From positions 44,602 to 108,601 of the forward strand of contig JBNKBE010000021.1 in NCBI GenBank assembly GCA_050287085.1: a stretch of 64,000 nt of DNA, in the 5' to 3' direction. The stretch comes from Polyangiaceae bacterium. Its GTDB lineage: Bacteria > Myxococcota_A > Polyangia > Polyangiales > Polyangiaceae. This document shows, one piece after another, positions 9,221-19,371 of this stretch. Every line of letters starts with the position of its first letter. Within the stretch, counting starts at the first letter, position 1. The position numbers and the translations under genes were made by a program. The notes under the pieces were generated by a model that was not told where the DNA came from, ran no database searches, and saw only the letters and a list, made by a program, of their open reading frames with translations.

Positions 9221-9652
9221 ATGTTGGGTGTCTTTAGTGCAATGGAGATCTCCGCGTCTGGGCTATCGGCCCAGCGCACTCGCATGAACACCATCGCGAG
9301 CAATCTGGCGAACTCGCGGACAACGCGGACTGAAGCTGGCGGACCGTATCAGCGTGTAGATCCAGTGTTTCGAGCCGTGGCTCTGGAGAAGATGCGGGCG
9401 CTAACTCCGGCGGAACACTCCGTGAGTTTGGTGGGGGTTGCGCAGATCGCAAGCGATCCACGTCCAGGACCTGTTGTCTATGAACCGACGCACCCCGATG
9501 CCAATGCAGAAGGCTACGTCGAGTACCCCAACGTCAACGTCGTAGAAGAAATGGTCAACATGATCACGGCTTCGCGCGCGTATGAGGCCGGCATCACGTC
9601 CATTGAGGCGGTGAAGGGGCTAGCGCAGTCGGCGTTAGAGATAGGCAAGTAA
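9221..9652 (+). CDS. flgC: Basal-body rod protein
   Basis: SGLSAQRTRMNTIASNLAN, YEPTHPDAN-GYVEYPNVNVVEEM. Confidence 0.97.
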   Translation: MLGVFSAMEISASGLSAQRTRMNTIASNLANSRTTRTEAGGPYQRVDPVFRAVALEKMRALTPAEHSVSLVGVAQIASDPRPGPVVYEPTHPDANAEGYVEYPNVNVVEEMVNMITASRAYEAGITSIEAVKGLAQSALEIGK

Positions 9653-9653
9653 C

Positions 9654-9980
9654 GTGGGGATCGCACCCGTCGGTCCGGCGCCGTTTCCGCTTGAAGCAGG
9701 CGGGACTTCGAGCCCCCAGGCATTTCGACCGGTATCGCCCGATGGTGGACAGGTCGAGAAGGTCTCCTTTGCTGACGTATTTGGACAGATGGTGGTTTCT
9801 GCCAATCAGCAATCTCAGGTCGCGGAACAGGCGGCTGTGATGCTCGCCGAGGGGCGCAGCGATGATATTCATGGCACGATGATCGAGGGGCAGAAGGCCG
9901 CGATCCAGACCAAGTTGGTGGGTCAGGTGAAGAACAAGGTGGTCGACGCCTTCTATGAGCTCTGGCGGATGAACATCTAG
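9654..9980 (+). CDS. fliE: Hook-basal body protein
   Basis: SFADVF...DIHGTMI...KNKVVDAFYELWRMNI. Confidence 0.92.
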   Translation: MGIAPVGPAPFPLEAGGTSSPQAFRPVSPDGGQVEKVSFADVFGQMVVSANQQSQVAEQAAVMLAEGRSDDIHGTMIEGQKAAIQTKLVGQVKNKVVDAFYELWRMNI

Positions 9981-9991
9981 GGCAGCAGACT

Positions 9992-11620
9992 TTGGCTTTC
10001 TGGCAACAACTCAGAACTCTCTGGGCGTCCTTATCTACGGTGAAGCGCTACGCGCTCGTCGGCATGACGCTTGGCGTACTGATCATCGTTGCCGCCGTCG
10101 CTTTGATTGGTGCGCAGGTTAACTACGTCTACCTGTATACGGAGTTGGAACCCCGCGATGCGGCGGCGATTGTGGAGAAGCTGGGCGAGCTGCAGGTCCC
10201 TCACGAGATTGAGGCGGGGGGGACGGCTGTCAAGGTGCCTCGCAAGCGACTGCACGAGGTCCGACTGGCGCTTGCCGCGGAGGGCCTGCCCTCCGGTGGC
10301 GGCGTTGGCAATGAGCTCTTTGATACAGCACGGCTTGGAGCCACGGAGTTCGAGCAAGAGGTCAACCTAAGGCGGGCCCTGGAGGGCGAACTTGCGCGCA
10401 CCATTGCAACGATTGACGGCGTGGACAGTGCGCGTGTTCACCTGGTGCTCCCGAAGCGACGACTCTTTGCCGGTCGTACGGAGGGCGCGTCGGCTTCCGT
10501 ATTGCTGCACTCTCGTGGAGGGAGTCGGGTCGGGCGACGCGAGGTAAACGCTATCGTCCATCTCGTGGCGACGGCCGTGCCGCAGCTGACTCATGAGCGC
10601 GTCGCGGTTATCGGTTCGGACGGCGCGACGCTGCATCGACCCGAATCGGAGCAGGAGTCGGGCGTGAGCGACGCACAGCTCGACCGGCAGCGTGAGGCGG
10701 AGCGCGAGCTGGAGTCCCGCGTACGCTCGCTCTTGGAGCGCTCGACGGGACCCGGAGCGGTTGAAGTTCGCGTGCACCTTGACGTGGATACGTCGGCGCG
10801 AGAGCGTACTGAGGAACGCTTCAATCCGACCAATACCGCCGTTCGCAGCGAGCACAAGACGGAGGAACTGACGGGAGTACAGGAGGCGACCGTCGCGGGG
10901 GTGCCCGGAGCGGCGGCAAACCTACCCAACGTTGCCCCGGCGGTGGCTCCGGAACTGGCGGGTGGCGAGGGCAACCTGGTGCGACGCAGCCACACCCGCA
11001 ACTGGGAAGTCGACCGGGTTGTCGAAAAGACCCAACTGCCGCCCGGGCAACTGGAGCGCCTCAGCGTTGCCGTGTTGGTGGACGGCAAATACGAACTGAA
11101 AGAAGGTCAGGAAGTATACACCCCGCGACCGCAGGAGGAATTGGATCAGTTCCGCGCTGTCGTGGCGACGGCGGTTGGCTTCGACGAAAAGCGGGGGGAC
11201 TTGATAGAGTTGCGCTCTCTCCGCTTCTCTCGGCCACCGCCGCCGGAGCCCGAGCTCCCCGATCCAATGCGCAAGGTGCGGCAGTACGCCCCCTACGCGG
11301 CGGCAGCTTTTGGGGCATTGGTTGTGTTGTCGGCGCTAGCCATCGTGTTACGACGCAAGCGCAGGTTGGCGCAGAAGTTTGAGAAAGAGCTGCAGGCGCG
11401 CGCCGAACACGAGGAGGAGTTGCGCTTGGCGGCGGCGGAAGCGCGACTGCTGGAGGAAGAGTCTCAGGCGACGACTGATGAGCTCGACCCGACCAGAGCT
11501 TTGCATCGCCGCACCGAGGCCTTGGAGATCGCGACGAGTGATCCGGCGACGGCGGCCATTGTGCTTCGCCAGTGGTTGCATGAAGGGTCGGAAATAAAAG
11601 GAGCAAACGCGGGTGGATAA
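9992..11620 (+). CDS. fliF: MS-ring protein
   Basis: Two TM segments, GATEFEQEVNLRRALEGELARTI, ARVHLVLP, RLSVAVLVDG. Confidence 0.95.
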   Translation: MAFWQQLRTLWASLSTVKRYALVGMTLGVLIIVAAVALIGAQVNYVYLYTELEPRDAAAIVEKLGELQVPHEIEAGGTAVKVPRKRLHEVRLALAAEGLPSGGGVGNELFDTARLGATEFEQEVNLRRALEGELARTIATIDGVDSARVHLVLPKRRLFAGRTEGASASVLLHSRGGSRVGRREVNAIVHLVATAVPQLTHERVAVIGSDGATLHRPESEQESGVSDAQLDRQREAERELESRVRSLLERSTGPGAVEVRVHLDVDTSARERTEERFNPTNTAVRSEHKTEELTGVQEATVAGVPGAAANLPNVAPAVAPELAGGEGNLVRRSHTRNWEVDRVVEKTQLPPGQLERLSVAVLVDGKYELKEGQEVYTPRPQEELDQFRAVVATAVGFDEKRGDLIELRSLRFSRPPPPEPELPDPMRKVRQYAPYAAAAFGALVVLSALAIVLRRKRRLAQKFEKELQARAEHEEELRLAAAEARLLEEESQATTDELDPTRALHRRTEALEIATSDPATAAIVLRQWLHEGSEIKGANAGG

Positions 11621-12611
11621 CGGGGCACAGAAAGCGCTTTCCGGACCGGAGAAGGCCGTACTACTGCTGTTGTCGCTTGAGGAGACGGCGGCCTCGCCGA
11701 TCGTGGCTGAGCTCGAAGCCGAGGATGTCCAGCGCTTGCGCGAGGTTGCACAGCATATGCGGAGTGTTCCGGCCTCAGCGCTTGACGCCGTGTACGACGA
11801 CTTCGTGCGGCGCTCTCAGGTGGCCGTGGCTGTGCCCAAAGGTGGCCTGGGCTATCTGCGGCGCCTCACCAGTCGTGCTCTAGGTGAGGAGACCACTCAG
11901 GCGATATTCCAAGATAGTCCGCCCACGGCGATCGAGCGCGTGGCGGCGGCGGATGGGCATACCTTGGCCGGGCTCCTGGAAGGGGAGCATCCGCAGTTGG
12001 TAGCTGCGTTGCTGTCGCAACTGTCAGCGGAACGGTCTGCCGCGGTAATCGAGGCATTGCCCGAAGGCGTTCGTGCAACGGTGCTTCAGCGGCTTGGAGC
12101 GCTGACGGAAATACCGCGCTCATTGCTCGAGGGTGTGGCTGAGGCTCTACTCGCCGAGCTGCCGGGGGAGAGTTCCAACGAGACGCTGGCCATCAATGGC
12201 GTCAAGCGTTCGGCTCAGCTGGTGCGCAGTTTGAGCAAAGAAACCTGCGAGGCACTGCTTGGCGACGTGGAAAACCTCGACGAGGAATTGGCAACGGAGA
12301 TCCGCCGAGCCATGTACTCGTTTGACGACCTTCGAGCGATCGATCCTCGTGCGATGCGTGAGCTGCTCAAGGCAGTTCCAGGCGACCGACTCACTCTTGC
12401 GCTCAAGACCGCTAGCGTGGAGATGCGGACGCATATCTTCGGCGGAATGTCGAAACGCGCTGCGGAGCGGATTCAGGAAGACCTCGATCTCTTGGGCGCT
12501 GTGCGCCTGAGCGAGGTCGAACAAGCCCAGACCGAAATCGTCGAAATCGCTCTGAGGTTGGAAGCAGAAGGTACTCTTTCGTTAGGAAATGACGGTGAAG
12601 ACCTCGTTTAA
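11613..12611 (+). CDS. fliG: Motor switch/rotor protein
   Basis: KAVLLLLSL, EHPQ motif, MYSFDDL, torque helix MSKRAAERIQEDL. Confidence 0.95.
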   Translation: MDNGAQKALSGPEKAVLLLLSLEETAASPIVAELEAEDVQRLREVAQHMRSVPASALDAVYDDFVRRSQVAVAVPKGGLGYLRRLTSRALGEETTQAIFQDSPPTAIERVAAADGHTLAGLLEGEHPQLVAALLSQLSAERSAAVIEALPEGVRATVLQRLGALTEIPRSLLEGVAEALLAELPGESSNETLAINGVKRSAQLVRSLSKETCEALLGDVENLDEELATEIRRAMYSFDDLRAIDPRAMRELLKAVPGDRLTLALKTASVEMRTHIFGGMSKRAAERIQEDLDLLGAVRLSEVEQAQTEIVEIALRLEAEGTLSLGNDGEDLV

Positions 12612-13389
12612 AAAGCCTCGAATGACTCCCGACGGTGAGGTGAAGTTTGCAGATGTCGCAAGCCATCGGCCAGCACCGCCGTCGTGGCTGACCTCCGCCG
12701 AGGCGATGCTGACCGACCCCACGGTGAGCAGTCTCAGGCCGCCTCGCATTCCTCGTGAAGGCCTGGAGTTCGTGTCTAGTGAACGACCGCGCGTGGACTC
12801 GACGCCGCCTACTACCGTCGGCACGTGGTTGAAGGATCTTGACGGAATGCGCAAAGCGCGGCCTGCGTCGGTTCCCGCTCCCGGAGAGGTGTCGGACGTG
12901 CTGAGAGGGGGGGAGCCGGCCGTGCGTCGCGTCGACACGCTGATCGATGACCTGAACCCACGGGCGGATGAAGAAGCCGTTCAGGCGATTGAGGCGGCCC
13001 TGGCGGAAGTGGTTGCGGAGCGGCAGCGACAATTGATGGACGCAGAAGAACAACTGTTGGAGTTGGTCAGCGTGATAGCGCGACGGGTGATAGCGCGGGA
13101 GCTATCGCTTGACCCCTCATTGATTCGCGGCGTGGTCACGGAGGGGGTCCTTGCCTTGGCGGAGCAGGATCACGTTGTCGTCAAACTCGGGGACTTCTTC
13201 GGTGAGGTCTTGGAGCAGGTCGCGGCCGCTGCGGCCCAGATCGGCGTTGAGGCGGAGGTGATTGTGGATCCGGCGCTTGGACCTTACGGCTGCAGGATCG
13301 AGACCCGCTGGGGCAGCGTCAACGAGGCGGTGGAGGAGCGGCTATCGAATCTGCTGGCGAGCATTAGCATCTACCCGCCGAGGCGTTGA
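12589..13389 (+). CDS. fliH: FliH/SctL export ATPase stator
   Basis: IARRVIAREL, VDPALGPYGCRIETRWGSV; located between fliG and fliI. Confidence 0.85.
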   Translation: MTVKTSFKKPRMTPDGEVKFADVASHRPAPPSWLTSAEAMLTDPTVSSLRPPRIPREGLEFVSSERPRVDSTPPTTVGTWLKDLDGMRKARPASVPAPGEVSDVLRGGEPAVRRVDTLIDDLNPRADEEAVQAIEAALAEVVAERQRQLMDAEEQLLELVSVIARRVIARELSLDPSLIRGVVTEGVLALAEQDHVVVKLGDFFGEVLEQVAAAAAQIGVEAEVIVDPALGPYGCRIETRWGSVNEAVEERLSNLLASISIYPPRR

Positions 13390-14702
13390 TGTCGGAGCGG
13401 CTTGAACGGTTGGTTGCGCGGGCTCACGACGCACCCATGCACCAGCCCGTGGGCGTCGTAGTCGACGTGGTGGGCCTGGTGGTAGAGGTGGCGGGTCTCA
13501 AGGCGGGGGTCGGTGACTTGCTCGAGGTGGTCGATCCGTCCGCGGGTGGACTGCTCTTGGAGGTGGTGGGGTTTCGCGACAACAAGCTCCAGGCGACGCC
13601 CCTGGGCGCCACCTCCGGGATCCGTCCGGGCGCCGCCGTTCGACTGAGCAGTAGCCAGGCGCAGGTGGCTGTGGGCCCTCATCTGCTAGGACAGATCCTC
13701 GATGCGTTTGGGCGCTCTTTGGAGGGCAAACGAATGCCCCGCGGTCACCGATACCCGCTCAAGGCGGCGCCGCCGCCGCCTTTCGGACGCCGTCCTATCG
13801 ACCGGGCATTGGGCACGGGCGTGCGGGCTATCGATACCCTGCTCACCCTGGGCGTGGGGCAGCGCATGGGCATCTTTGCCGGAGCGGGGGTTGGCAAGAG
13901 CACCCTGCTCGGCATGATCTGCCGTAAGTCAACAGCCGACATCAACGTGGTAGGGCTGATCGGAGAACGTGGGCGGGAGCTCAATGACTTCGTGCGCAAC
14001 AGTCTGGGAGCGGACGGCATGGCGCGCAGTGTCGTCGTGGCGGCAACCAGCGATCAGCCGCCTCTTGTGCGTGCGCGTGGTGCTGAGACAGCCACGGCGA
14101 TAGCGGAGTACTTTCGCGATCAGGGCAAGAGCGTGTTGCTCGTCATGGACTCGGTCACACGCTACGCGATGGCTCTGCGTGAAGCCGCGTTGGCGGCGGG
14201 TGAACCGCCGGCGACCAAGGGCTATCCGCCCAGCGTCTTCGCGGCTCTACCCAGGCTGATGGAAAGGCCTGGTACCTCCAGCGGTGAGGGGGTTATCACG
14301 GCACTCTACACTGTCTTCGTCGAGGGGGACGACCTCAGCGATCCGATCGCCGACGCCGCTCGCGGCATTCTAGACGGACACATCGTCATGTCTCGACGGC
14401 TGGCAGAAAAAGGCCACTTTCCCGCGATTGACGCGCTTCAGAGCGTGTCGCGTCTGGCGCCCGAAGTGACCGACCAGCGACAGCGTGACCTAGCCAACCA
14501 CACTCGGCGACTGCTGGGAGCTTATCGGGATGCCCAGGACCTTATCCAAGTCGGGGCCTATGTCAGTGGAAGCGACCCTGCTGTCGACGAAGCACTGTCC
14601 GCGGTACCGCGCATCGAGGCCTTTTTGCGGCAGCCAGTTGCAGAAACAACTCCGTTCAAGGAGTCGTGGGCGCGCCTGCAGCAGGCTCTCGCCGTACGAT
14701 AA
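13389..14702 (+). CDS. fliI: Flagellar export ATPase
   Basis: GIFAGAGVGKS, GLIGERGRE, MDSVTRYA, GEPPATKGYPPS. Confidence 0.97.
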   Translation: MSERLERLVARAHDAPMHQPVGVVVDVVGLVVEVAGLKAGVGDLLEVVDPSAGGLLLEVVGFRDNKLQATPLGATSGIRPGAAVRLSSSQAQVAVGPHLLGQILDAFGRSLEGKRMPRGHRYPLKAAPPPPFGRRPIDRALGTGVRAIDTLLTLGVGQRMGIFAGAGVGKSTLLGMICRKSTADINVVGLIGERGRELNDFVRNSLGADGMARSVVVAATSDQPPLVRARGAETATAIAEYFRDQGKSVLLVMDSVTRYAMALREAALAAGEPPATKGYPPSVFAALPRLMERPGTSSGEGVITALYTVFVEGDDLSDPIADAARGILDGHIVMSRRLAEKGHFPAIDALQSVSRLAPEVTDQRQRDLANHTRRLLGAYRDAQDLIQVGAYVSGSDPAVDEALSAVPRIEAFLRQPVAETTPFKESWARLQQALAVR

Positions 14703-14748
14703 CCTCTGGAGCGGCGCTCCTTACAAGCACTAACCCCGCAACTCTCCC

Positions 14749-15192
14749 ATGGAACAGCGACTGAAGAAGCTTGCTACCTTGCTGAGCCTGCGCGAGCGGG
14801 AGCTTCACGGGGAGATGCGGCTATTGGCTCAGGCACGCGCCCATGAACGGAACGCGGAGGAGGTAGAGCGAGAGGCCAATCAAGCAGTGACCCACGCTAT
14901 CGAGCGTCGGCGCAGCTTGGCGACTCGAGCTGCCGGCGCTGAAGACTACCTCGTCGCCGACAATTGGACAGAGACGACACTCATGCGTCTGCGACGCGCG
15001 CAGCTATCACACCGCCGCGCCAAGACCGAGACTGCACGCTCCGCAGCTCGTGTGATGACGGCTCAAAACCGCGTCACGCAGGTTGAGACACTGATCGCTC
15101 GAGTGCGGGCGGAATTGGATGCTGAGCTGCGTCGCAAAGAGCGCCGACTCGAGGACGAAATCACTCAGAACCTGACCAGGAGAAATCGATGA
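14749..15192 (+). CDS. fliJ: FliJ-like coiled-coil export protein
   Basis: 147 aa coiled coil ending RKERRLEDE, directly after fliI. Confidence 0.75.
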   Translation: MEQRLKKLATLLSLRERELHGEMRLLAQARAHERNAEEVEREANQAVTHAIERRRSLATRAAGAEDYLVADNWTETTLMRLRRAQLSHRRAKTETARSAARVMTAQNRVTQVETLIARVRAELDAELRRKERRLEDEITQNLTRRNR

Positions 15193-15803
15193 CGGCTGAT
15201 GCAAGCAACGGGGTAGGACGAGGTGTGGCCCCTGGTCACTCAGAGCCAGAGGTGCGAGCCAGCGATGCCCAACGCGAGGAGTGGGCCATGCTCTTGGCGC
15301 GCCGCGTTGAGAGTGAGCTCAGAGACGTCGTAATCCCCGCCGCCGAAGCGGGCGCGGAGGGCGAGGGCCACAGCGCCGGCAGAATGACACCGGTTCGCGG
15401 ATCGCTTGACGGTGTGGTGTCGGTCGCCTCCGGGACGGAGACTGGTGCTCAAGAACCCGCGCCTCTAAATCGCGTCTGGGGCGAACTTGAACTTCAGGGT
15501 ATGGGTCGCATTCGCTTTGCCGTGGCGCGAGAAAACGGGAATATTTCCGTAGTCTTAGGGGTGGAAAATCTGCAGCAGAGGGCCCTCGTGGAACTGGAGA
15601 AGGGGACTCTTCTGCAGCGCCTCGAGCAAAGTGGCCTAAAGGTTGCTTCTGTGACTGTGACCAGCCCGGAAGCGGCTGGCACCGCGCTTGCTCAACCTCG
15701 GAAGGCAATCCAGCGTCACGGAGCCGATGGGCTCATCAACGCTTACCAACGGCGCAGCAAGCAGGACGAAGAGCAAGAATCTGAGCTTTCGCTCATTGGT
15801 TGA
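15189..15803 (+). CDS. fliK: Short hook-length control protein
   Basis: C-terminal Flg_hook-like segment MGRIRFAV...ISVVL...LLQRLEQSGLKVASVTV; located between fliJ and flgD. Confidence 0.6.
   Translation: MTADASNGVGRGVAPGHSEPEVRASDAQREEWAMLLARRVESELRDVVIPAAEAGAEGEGHSAGRMTPVRGSLDGVVSVASGTETGAQEPAPLNRVWGELELQGMGRIRFAVARENGNISVVLGVENLQQRALVELEKGTLLQRLEQSGLKVASVTVTSPEAAGTALAQPRKAIQRHGADGLINAYQRRSKQDEEQESELSLIG
15677..15692 (+). promoter_or_regulatory. Sigma-54 promoter for flgD-flgE, internal to fliK
   Basis: TGGCACCGCGCTTGCT, near consensus, about 120 bp upstream of the flgD ATG. Confidence 0.7.
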
Positions 15804-15813
15804 TGGAGCAGTT

Positions 15814-16503
15814 ATGGTAGCAGCAATTGGCGCTTCACAGAGTCTAGGGGCGGGCAGTCTAGCCGACGCGCTCGGTGGCGATGAGTCGCTCGACAAGCAG
15901 GCGTTCTTGAAGCTGCTCGTCGCTCAACTGCAGTATCAAGACCCCCTTGAACCACAAGAGAACTCTGAGTTCGTTGCGCAACTTGCGCAGTTTACCTCGC
16001 TCGAGCAGACCGTTGGCATCAACGACCGCTTGGATATGCTCGCAATTCAGAGTCAAGGCCTGGCCAATACGGAGGTCGTCAATCTCGTCGGAAAGGCTGC
16101 TACCGTGCGAGGTCAGATTGCGACGCTTTCGGAGACGGGCGAGCCGGTCCCATTGCGATTCTCGCTGGGCGGGCCAGCTGAGAAGGTGAATATCACTGTT
16201 CGGGATGAGTCTGGACGCGTGGTCCGGAACCTCGAGCTGGGTCCCCACAAGGTTGGACTCGTAACCAATGCCATCTGGGATGGCAAGAACGACGCCGGTG
16301 TGCTGCAGCCGGCGGGGCGCTATACGATTGGCGTTAGTGCTGAAGCTGCAGGCGAGGTGCCGGTTTCGGTGACGCAAGAGGTCACCGGAATCGTCCAATC
16401 GGTTTCGTATACTCGGGGCTTCCCCGAGCTGACATTGGATAACGGGCTAGCCGTTCCGGTTGCTGACCTGCTCAAGGTCGAATCTTCCCCCACCACTAAA
16501 TAA
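15814..16503 (+). CDS. flgD: Hook capping protein
   Basis: FLKLLVAQLQYQDPLEP...EFVAQLAQFTSLEQ, WDGKNDAG; ATG at 15814 follows GGAG. Confidence 0.95.
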   Translation: MVAAIGASQSLGAGSLADALGGDESLDKQAFLKLLVAQLQYQDPLEPQENSEFVAQLAQFTSLEQTVGINDRLDMLAIQSQGLANTEVVNLVGKAATVRGQIATLSETGEPVPLRFSLGGPAEKVNITVRDESGRVVRNLELGPHKVGLVTNAIWDGKNDAGVLQPAGRYTIGVSAEAAGEVPVSVTQEVTGIVQSVSYTRGFPELTLDNGLAVPVADLLKVESSPTTK

Positions 16504-16524
16504 GGATCGAGTCAGGAGGACTCT

Positions 16525-17823
16525 ATGGTTTTGCGTGCAATGTTTTCAGGTGTGTCAGGCCTTCGTGCTGAAGGTGAGGCACTAGGCGTCGTCGGTGACA
16601 ACATCGCCAACGTCAACACTGTTGGATACAAAAGGCAACGGGCGATCTTTCAGGATGTGTTGGGGCACTCCATCTTAGCGGGGACAGCGTCAGCGCTGCC
16701 TGGAGCAGGAACCCGCGTGGGGGACATTCAGCAGATGTTTACCCAGGGGTCACTGGCTAACACTGGTGTTTCAACCGATATCGCTCTCAACGGAGATGGA
16801 TTTTTTGTCGTAAACGGTACTGTCGACGGGATCTCTGGCAATTTCTATACACGTGCCGGTCAGATGACGATCGACAAGGACGGATACCTAGTCAACCCTG
16901 ACTCCTTACAGGTGCAGGGGTATGCACAGAATCCGGACGGTACGCTGCAGGCGGCGGTGTCATCGCTCAGAGTTCCCACGGCGTCGCTTGCTCCGCACGC
17001 GACTGAGGCAATCAGTATCACCGCCAACCTTGATGCAGGAACAGCCGTCAGGACAGACACGTTTGATCTGACGCAACCCACAGCTACTGCCGACTACAGT
17101 ACTTCGATCGTCGTGTACGATAGCCTGGGGGATGCTCGTACGCTCGACGTCTACTTCCGCAAGACCGCGGAAAATTCGTGGGACTACCATGTCGTGGCAG
17201 ACGGGGCTGAACTGGCAACGGGTACTCCGGCCGGAGAGTTCGAGGAGCTGGTTCAGGGTACGCTCAGCTTCACGACGGACGGTGCGCTCGACACGTCTCC
17301 ATTGACGACCATCGTGGCGGACTTTGCCGGAGGGGCGACGCCAGGGCAGGAGATCGTCCTCAACTTTGGCGACGATATTGCCAGCGGCGCAAGCGGCCTC
17401 GCCGGCACCACGCAATTCTCGTCGGCTTCGGCTGTTTCATCGCAAAGCCAAGACGGCTACGCGTCGGGCGAGTTCAGCGGCGTTGCCATCGACGGCCAGG
17501 GCCTTGTTCAGGGCTTGTATACCAACGGGCAGAAGATCGGCATCGGTCAACTTGCGGTCGCGAAATTCCGGTCCAATGATGGCCTAGGAAGGGCCGGGGC
17601 GGGGCTGTGGATCGAAACCCGGGAGAGTGGTACGGCCGCGCTCGGTGGGGCCGGTAGCGGTGGTCGTGCGTCCGTTTCGGCGGGAGCACTGGAGCAATCC
17701 AACGTGGATCTCGCTGAGGAGTTCGTGGGCCTGATTCAGCATCAGCGTTCGTTCTCGGCTAACTCGCGAACAATCACGACCGCCGACGAGATGCTACAGG
17801 AACTCATTAACATCAAGCGGTAG
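16525..17823 (+). CDS. flgE: Flagellar hook protein
   Basis: GDNIANVNTVGYK, YTRAGQ, VYDSLG, LEQSNVDLAEEF. Confidence 0.97.
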   Translation: MVLRAMFSGVSGLRAEGEALGVVGDNIANVNTVGYKRQRAIFQDVLGHSILAGTASALPGAGTRVGDIQQMFTQGSLANTGVSTDIALNGDGFFVVNGTVDGISGNFYTRAGQMTIDKDGYLVNPDSLQVQGYAQNPDGTLQAAVSSLRVPTASLAPHATEAISITANLDAGTAVRTDTFDLTQPTATADYSTSIVVYDSLGDARTLDVYFRKTAENSWDYHVVADGAELATGTPAGEFEELVQGTLSFTTDGALDTSPLTTIVADFAGGATPGQEIVLNFGDDIASGASGLAGTTQFSSASAVSSQSQDGYASGEFSGVAIDGQGLVQGLYTNGQKIGIGQLAVAKFRSNDGLGRAGAGLWIETRESGTAALGGAGSGGRASVSAGALEQSNVDLAEEFVGLIQHQRSFSANSRTITTADEMLQELINIKR

Positions 17824-17865
17824 CGTCCGTAGTTAGTCACAGAACCCCAAGTACAAAGGTGTGAA

Positions 17866-18375
17866 GTGGCGACCAACGACGACGCTGCCGAGGCAGCTCC
17901 GGCCCCGAAGAAAAGCAAGCTTGGGCTCATCATCACGATTGTAGTCGGGGTGGTGGTCCTCGTCGGCGGTGTGGCTGCTGGGGCGATGCTCGGCCCGAAG
18001 CTATTGGGCGGGCCGGCCCCGGCGGAAGCGGAAGCGACCGCAGCACCGGCGGAGCCGGCTGTCCCCGAGAAGGTCGTTACCGCGACGTTCGACCCCATCG
18101 TGATCGATATCGGGGGTCGCAACAGTATCCGCCATCATCTCAAGGTTGGCCTTTCCGCCGAGCTTAGGGACGGAATCACTGAGGACGACTTTCGACTCGT
18201 TGCACCGCGAGGTCGCGAGGCGGCCTTGACCTATCTCCGCACACTCGACTTCGAGACGGTTACAGATCCCAAGAAGTATCAATCTATCCGCAAGAGTCTC
18301 TCAAAGCGTATCAAGAAGGCCGTTGGCGAAGACAAGGTGCATCGAATCCTGCTGGTCGACTTTGTTGCTCAGTGA
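17866..18375 (+). CDS. fliL: Basal-body associated protein
   Basis: KKSKL plus a single TM segment, C-terminal ILLVDFVAQ. Confidence 0.85.
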   Translation: MATNDDAAEAAPAPKKSKLGLIITIVVGVVVLVGGVAAGAMLGPKLLGGPAPAEAEATAAPAEPAVPEKVVTATFDPIVIDIGGRNSIRHHLKVGLSAELRDGITEDDFRLVAPRGREAALTYLRTLDFETVTDPKKYQSIRKSLSKRIKKAVGEDKVHRILLVDFVAQ

Positions 18376-18480
18376 CAGCGAGACCCCTGGAGGACGCGGC
18401 CACTCCACGTAGAGGGGGGCGCGTTGTGCTCATAACAGGACTGCGCTCAGGACGAGTTTCGGTTTCGTTGGACGCCAAGG

Positions 18481-19371
18481 ATGGCAAAGTATCAAGAGTC
18501 TCAGATCCGCAAGCTCGACCTGACCGGTCCGGAGCGCCGCCTCGGCAGTGCCGTACGCGCCCTCGGTCGAATCTCGGAGAGTTTTGCCAAAGCCGCGAAA
18601 CGGTCGCTACCTTTCCTGGGGCGTCAAAAGCGACGATTGCTTGCTGGGGATGTTACCCTGGGAGCGGCGCTCCGCCGGGAAGACGATTCGCCAGGGCCGA
18701 CTTTCCGTGTCCTGCTCGAGTCGCAGGAAGCAAACTCCTGGGCGATGGTGCGTCTAGACACCGGCGCGCTTGCGGTGGTGTTGGACGGTGCACTCGGCTC
18801 CACTCAGCTCGAAGCAGCGCTTCCGCTTGAAGAACTGTTCGGCAAGGAGCTTTCGTCCGCGCAGCGCGCGTTGATTGGTCGGGTGGCACAGTCCGTAGCC
18901 GAGGACTTTGCGGCGGCCGTCAAGCATGCGTGCGCCATGTCCTTGACGGTATCGAGCGCTGAGGCGCTGCGAGCGGGCGAGGTGCTAGACCTGCCCAAGG
19001 ATGCGATCTGCGCAAGCTGTACGTTTGAAGGCGGAACCATCCCGGCCCACGTGGAGCTCTACATCGGAGCTGAAGCCCTCGAAGCGGCTGTTCACGACAA
19101 CGAAACCGTGGAGCTCAGCGCTGGCGATCCGCGCATGGCCCTGGCGATCCGCGGGGTGACGGTGCCCGTTGTAGCGGAACTTGGGCGCTTGGATCTGTCC
19201 CTTGCACGCGTGTTGTCGCTCAACGTTGGAGAAACCCTTAGGTTGGAGTCAGCCGTCGATGAGCCAGTTACGCTGCGGGTTTCCGGAGTTGCCAAGTTTG
19301 ATGTCGTACCCGTCGTTTCGCGGGGCCAGTTGGCGGTGCAGATAAAGGATCGGCTGAGAGGTGACCCATGA
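18481..19371 (+). CDS. fliM: C-ring protein FliM lacking the N-terminal CheY-binding peptide
   Basis: Middle domain (ELSSAQRALI) plus C-terminal SpoA domain (VAELGRLDLSLARVLSLNVGE); located between fliL and fliN. Confidence 0.85.
   Translation: MAKYQESQIRKLDLTGPERRLGSAVRALGRISESFAKAAKRSLPFLGRQKRRLLAGDVTLGAALRREDDSPGPTFRVLLESQEANSWAMVRLDTGALAVVLDGALGSTQLEAALPLEELFGKELSSAQRALIGRVAQSVAEDFAAAVKHACAMSLTVSSAEALRAGEVLDLPKDAICASCTFEGGTIPAHVELYIGAEALEAAVHDNETVELSAGDPRMALAIRGVTVPVVAELGRLDLSLARVLSLNVGETLRLESAVDEPVTLRVSGVAKFDVVPVVSRGQLAVQIKDRLRGDP

Noticed and set aside
18415..18430. Sigma-54 promoter upstream of fliM (GGGGGCGCGTTGTGCT)
   Set aside because: GG-N10-GC spacing holds but the TGGCA -24 context is absent; too weak to call
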